Shown here in pieces: positions 63,037 to 64,000 of a stretch of 64,000 nt of DNA. The notes under the pieces are model-generated. The model did no database searches and was not told the origin of the DNA. It saw nothing but the letters and a program-made list of their open reading frames with translations. How positions within the stretch are numbered: position 1 is the stretch's first letter; each line of letters starts with the position of its first letter. A program made the position numbers and the translations under genes. The stretch is taken from the NCBI GenBank assembly GCA_022779845.1, contig JALEXT010000022.1, forward strand, positions 3,270 through 67,269, read 5' to 3'. Origin of the DNA: Succinatimonas sp. (GTDB lineage Bacteria; Pseudomonadota; Gammaproteobacteria; Enterobacterales; Succinivibrionaceae).

Positions 63037-64000
63037 CTAAGATACTTCAAGACCTTCTTCGACGTTTACATAAAGAGTTGCTTTTAAATTGGGGAAAAGA
63101 TCATGTACGCAGTCTATGATCATGCTTTTTTCTTCAGCAATGAGTGACCACATACGTTCAGACTCATCACACATAACTTTAAACCACACCACTCCTACTA
63201 ATGACGGCAAGTACTGAGGCGGATAGCGCAAATGCACCAATTTAACTCCGCGAATACGATCACCGAAAGACTCCTTATCCAAAAGTCTGAAATTATCACC
63301 TTCTTCAACATCTCTTATTCTTTCGGCAAGATCTCCTGTGTAGCTTAAAGCTAAAAAGAGATTATTTCCTGCAAATACTCGCTCATCCGTTACCTGAAGC
63401 TCAAGATAAGGCAAATCACTCTGTTTGAAAGGAAACGATAAAGCAGAACTCACTCCGCCCTGCAATAAAATACTGCGTATACGCTCTAATACCTTCTTAA
63501 ATACCGGCAGACAATCATCATGAACATATGACAATCTGTCTTTTGAAATTTGAAAAGGATCTAAAGCTTCTAGCTCCCCCAAAAGAGAGATCAATTCCAA
63601 AAAAAGAGCAAAGGGAGTGATCCGTTCAGGAACCAGCAGAGCAAACAGACGCTGTTCGTAACGAGAAAGAGTCTTTAATTTAATGGTTTTTAACAGCTCT
63701 CTAGCTGTCACAGCACCAGAATCAAAACCGTCTGCAGAAAATTCTGAAATTAAGCTGTTCTTGGCAGAGCGCAGTTGAAACAGCAATTCGCTGCACATTG
63801 ACAACAATGGACAACTGTCTGATACGGTAATGAACGGCGGCATATAACTTTCATCAAGACTTAATGAAGGTTGACTTGAGTTAATAACAGTCCATACCAC
63901 TCGACAAAGCGGCAACAAAGTAAATGATGAGGCATCATTGGGATCTGCAGACAAACTTGCATTTAGACTTCTTACCATTACCGGGATCTCATTGTCAGAA
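63037..64000 (-). CDS. tssK: type VI secretion baseplate subunit TssK (5' end outside the window)
   Basis: LDESYMPP, TPFALFLELISLLGEL, SYVHDDCLPVF, GVKLVHLRYPPQYLP, W..IAEEKSMII; frame open to the window edge; tssK-tssL-tssM order. Confidence 0.82.
   Translation of the reverse strand, partial: SDNEIPVMVRSLNASLSADPNDASSFTLLPLCRVVWTVINSSQPSLSLDESYMPPFITVSDSCPLLSMCSELLFQLRSAKNSLISEFSADGFDSGAVTARELLKTIKLKTLSRYEQRLFALLVPERITPFALFLELISLLGELEALDPFQISKDRLSYVHDDCLPVFKKVLERIRSILLQGGVSSALSFPFKQSDLPYLELQVTDERVFAGNNLFLALSYTGDLAERIRDVEEGDNFRLLDKESFGDRIRGVKLVHLRYPPQYLPSLVGVVWFKVMCDESERMWSLIAEEKSMIIDCVHDLFPNLKATLYVNVEEGLEVS

Overview
Core chromosomal window from a gammaproteobacterium; the E. coli-like but thinned-out gene order suggests Succinivibrionaceae (inference). 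Bases 1-14 kb hold the complete S10-spc-alpha ribosomal cluster on the minus strand (rpsJ to rplQ, including rpmJ, which the ORF track missed) with its promoters and leaders. Bases 14-56 kb are housekeeping: a phosphoethanolamine transferase, queH, pyrE, yicC, ybjD, cysS, ppiB, lpxH, polA, yhhQ, trxA, ddl, rho, uvrD-yigB-xerC-dapF-lysA-lptM-cyaA, hemXY, ilvADE, yihG, dsbA, a squalene/phytoene synthase, yciA and acrRAB. Bases 56.5-64 kb are the distal end of a divergent type VI secretion locus (tssK, tssL, tssM and an unknown two-repeat protein). The best leads are: (1) an RpoA whose N-terminal domain has lost the near-invariant beta-binding motif (NALRR to TALSG) while the C-terminal domain is intact, suggesting a heterodimeric-alpha RNA polymerase; (2) the atypical T6SS and its tandem-domain last gene; (3) a solo IS200/IS605 right-end hairpin upstream of cysS; (4) an orphan squalene synthase-type gene next to dsbA; (5) several unexplained structured intergenic segments. 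All calls come from motif recognition and recalled reference sequences; no database search was run.
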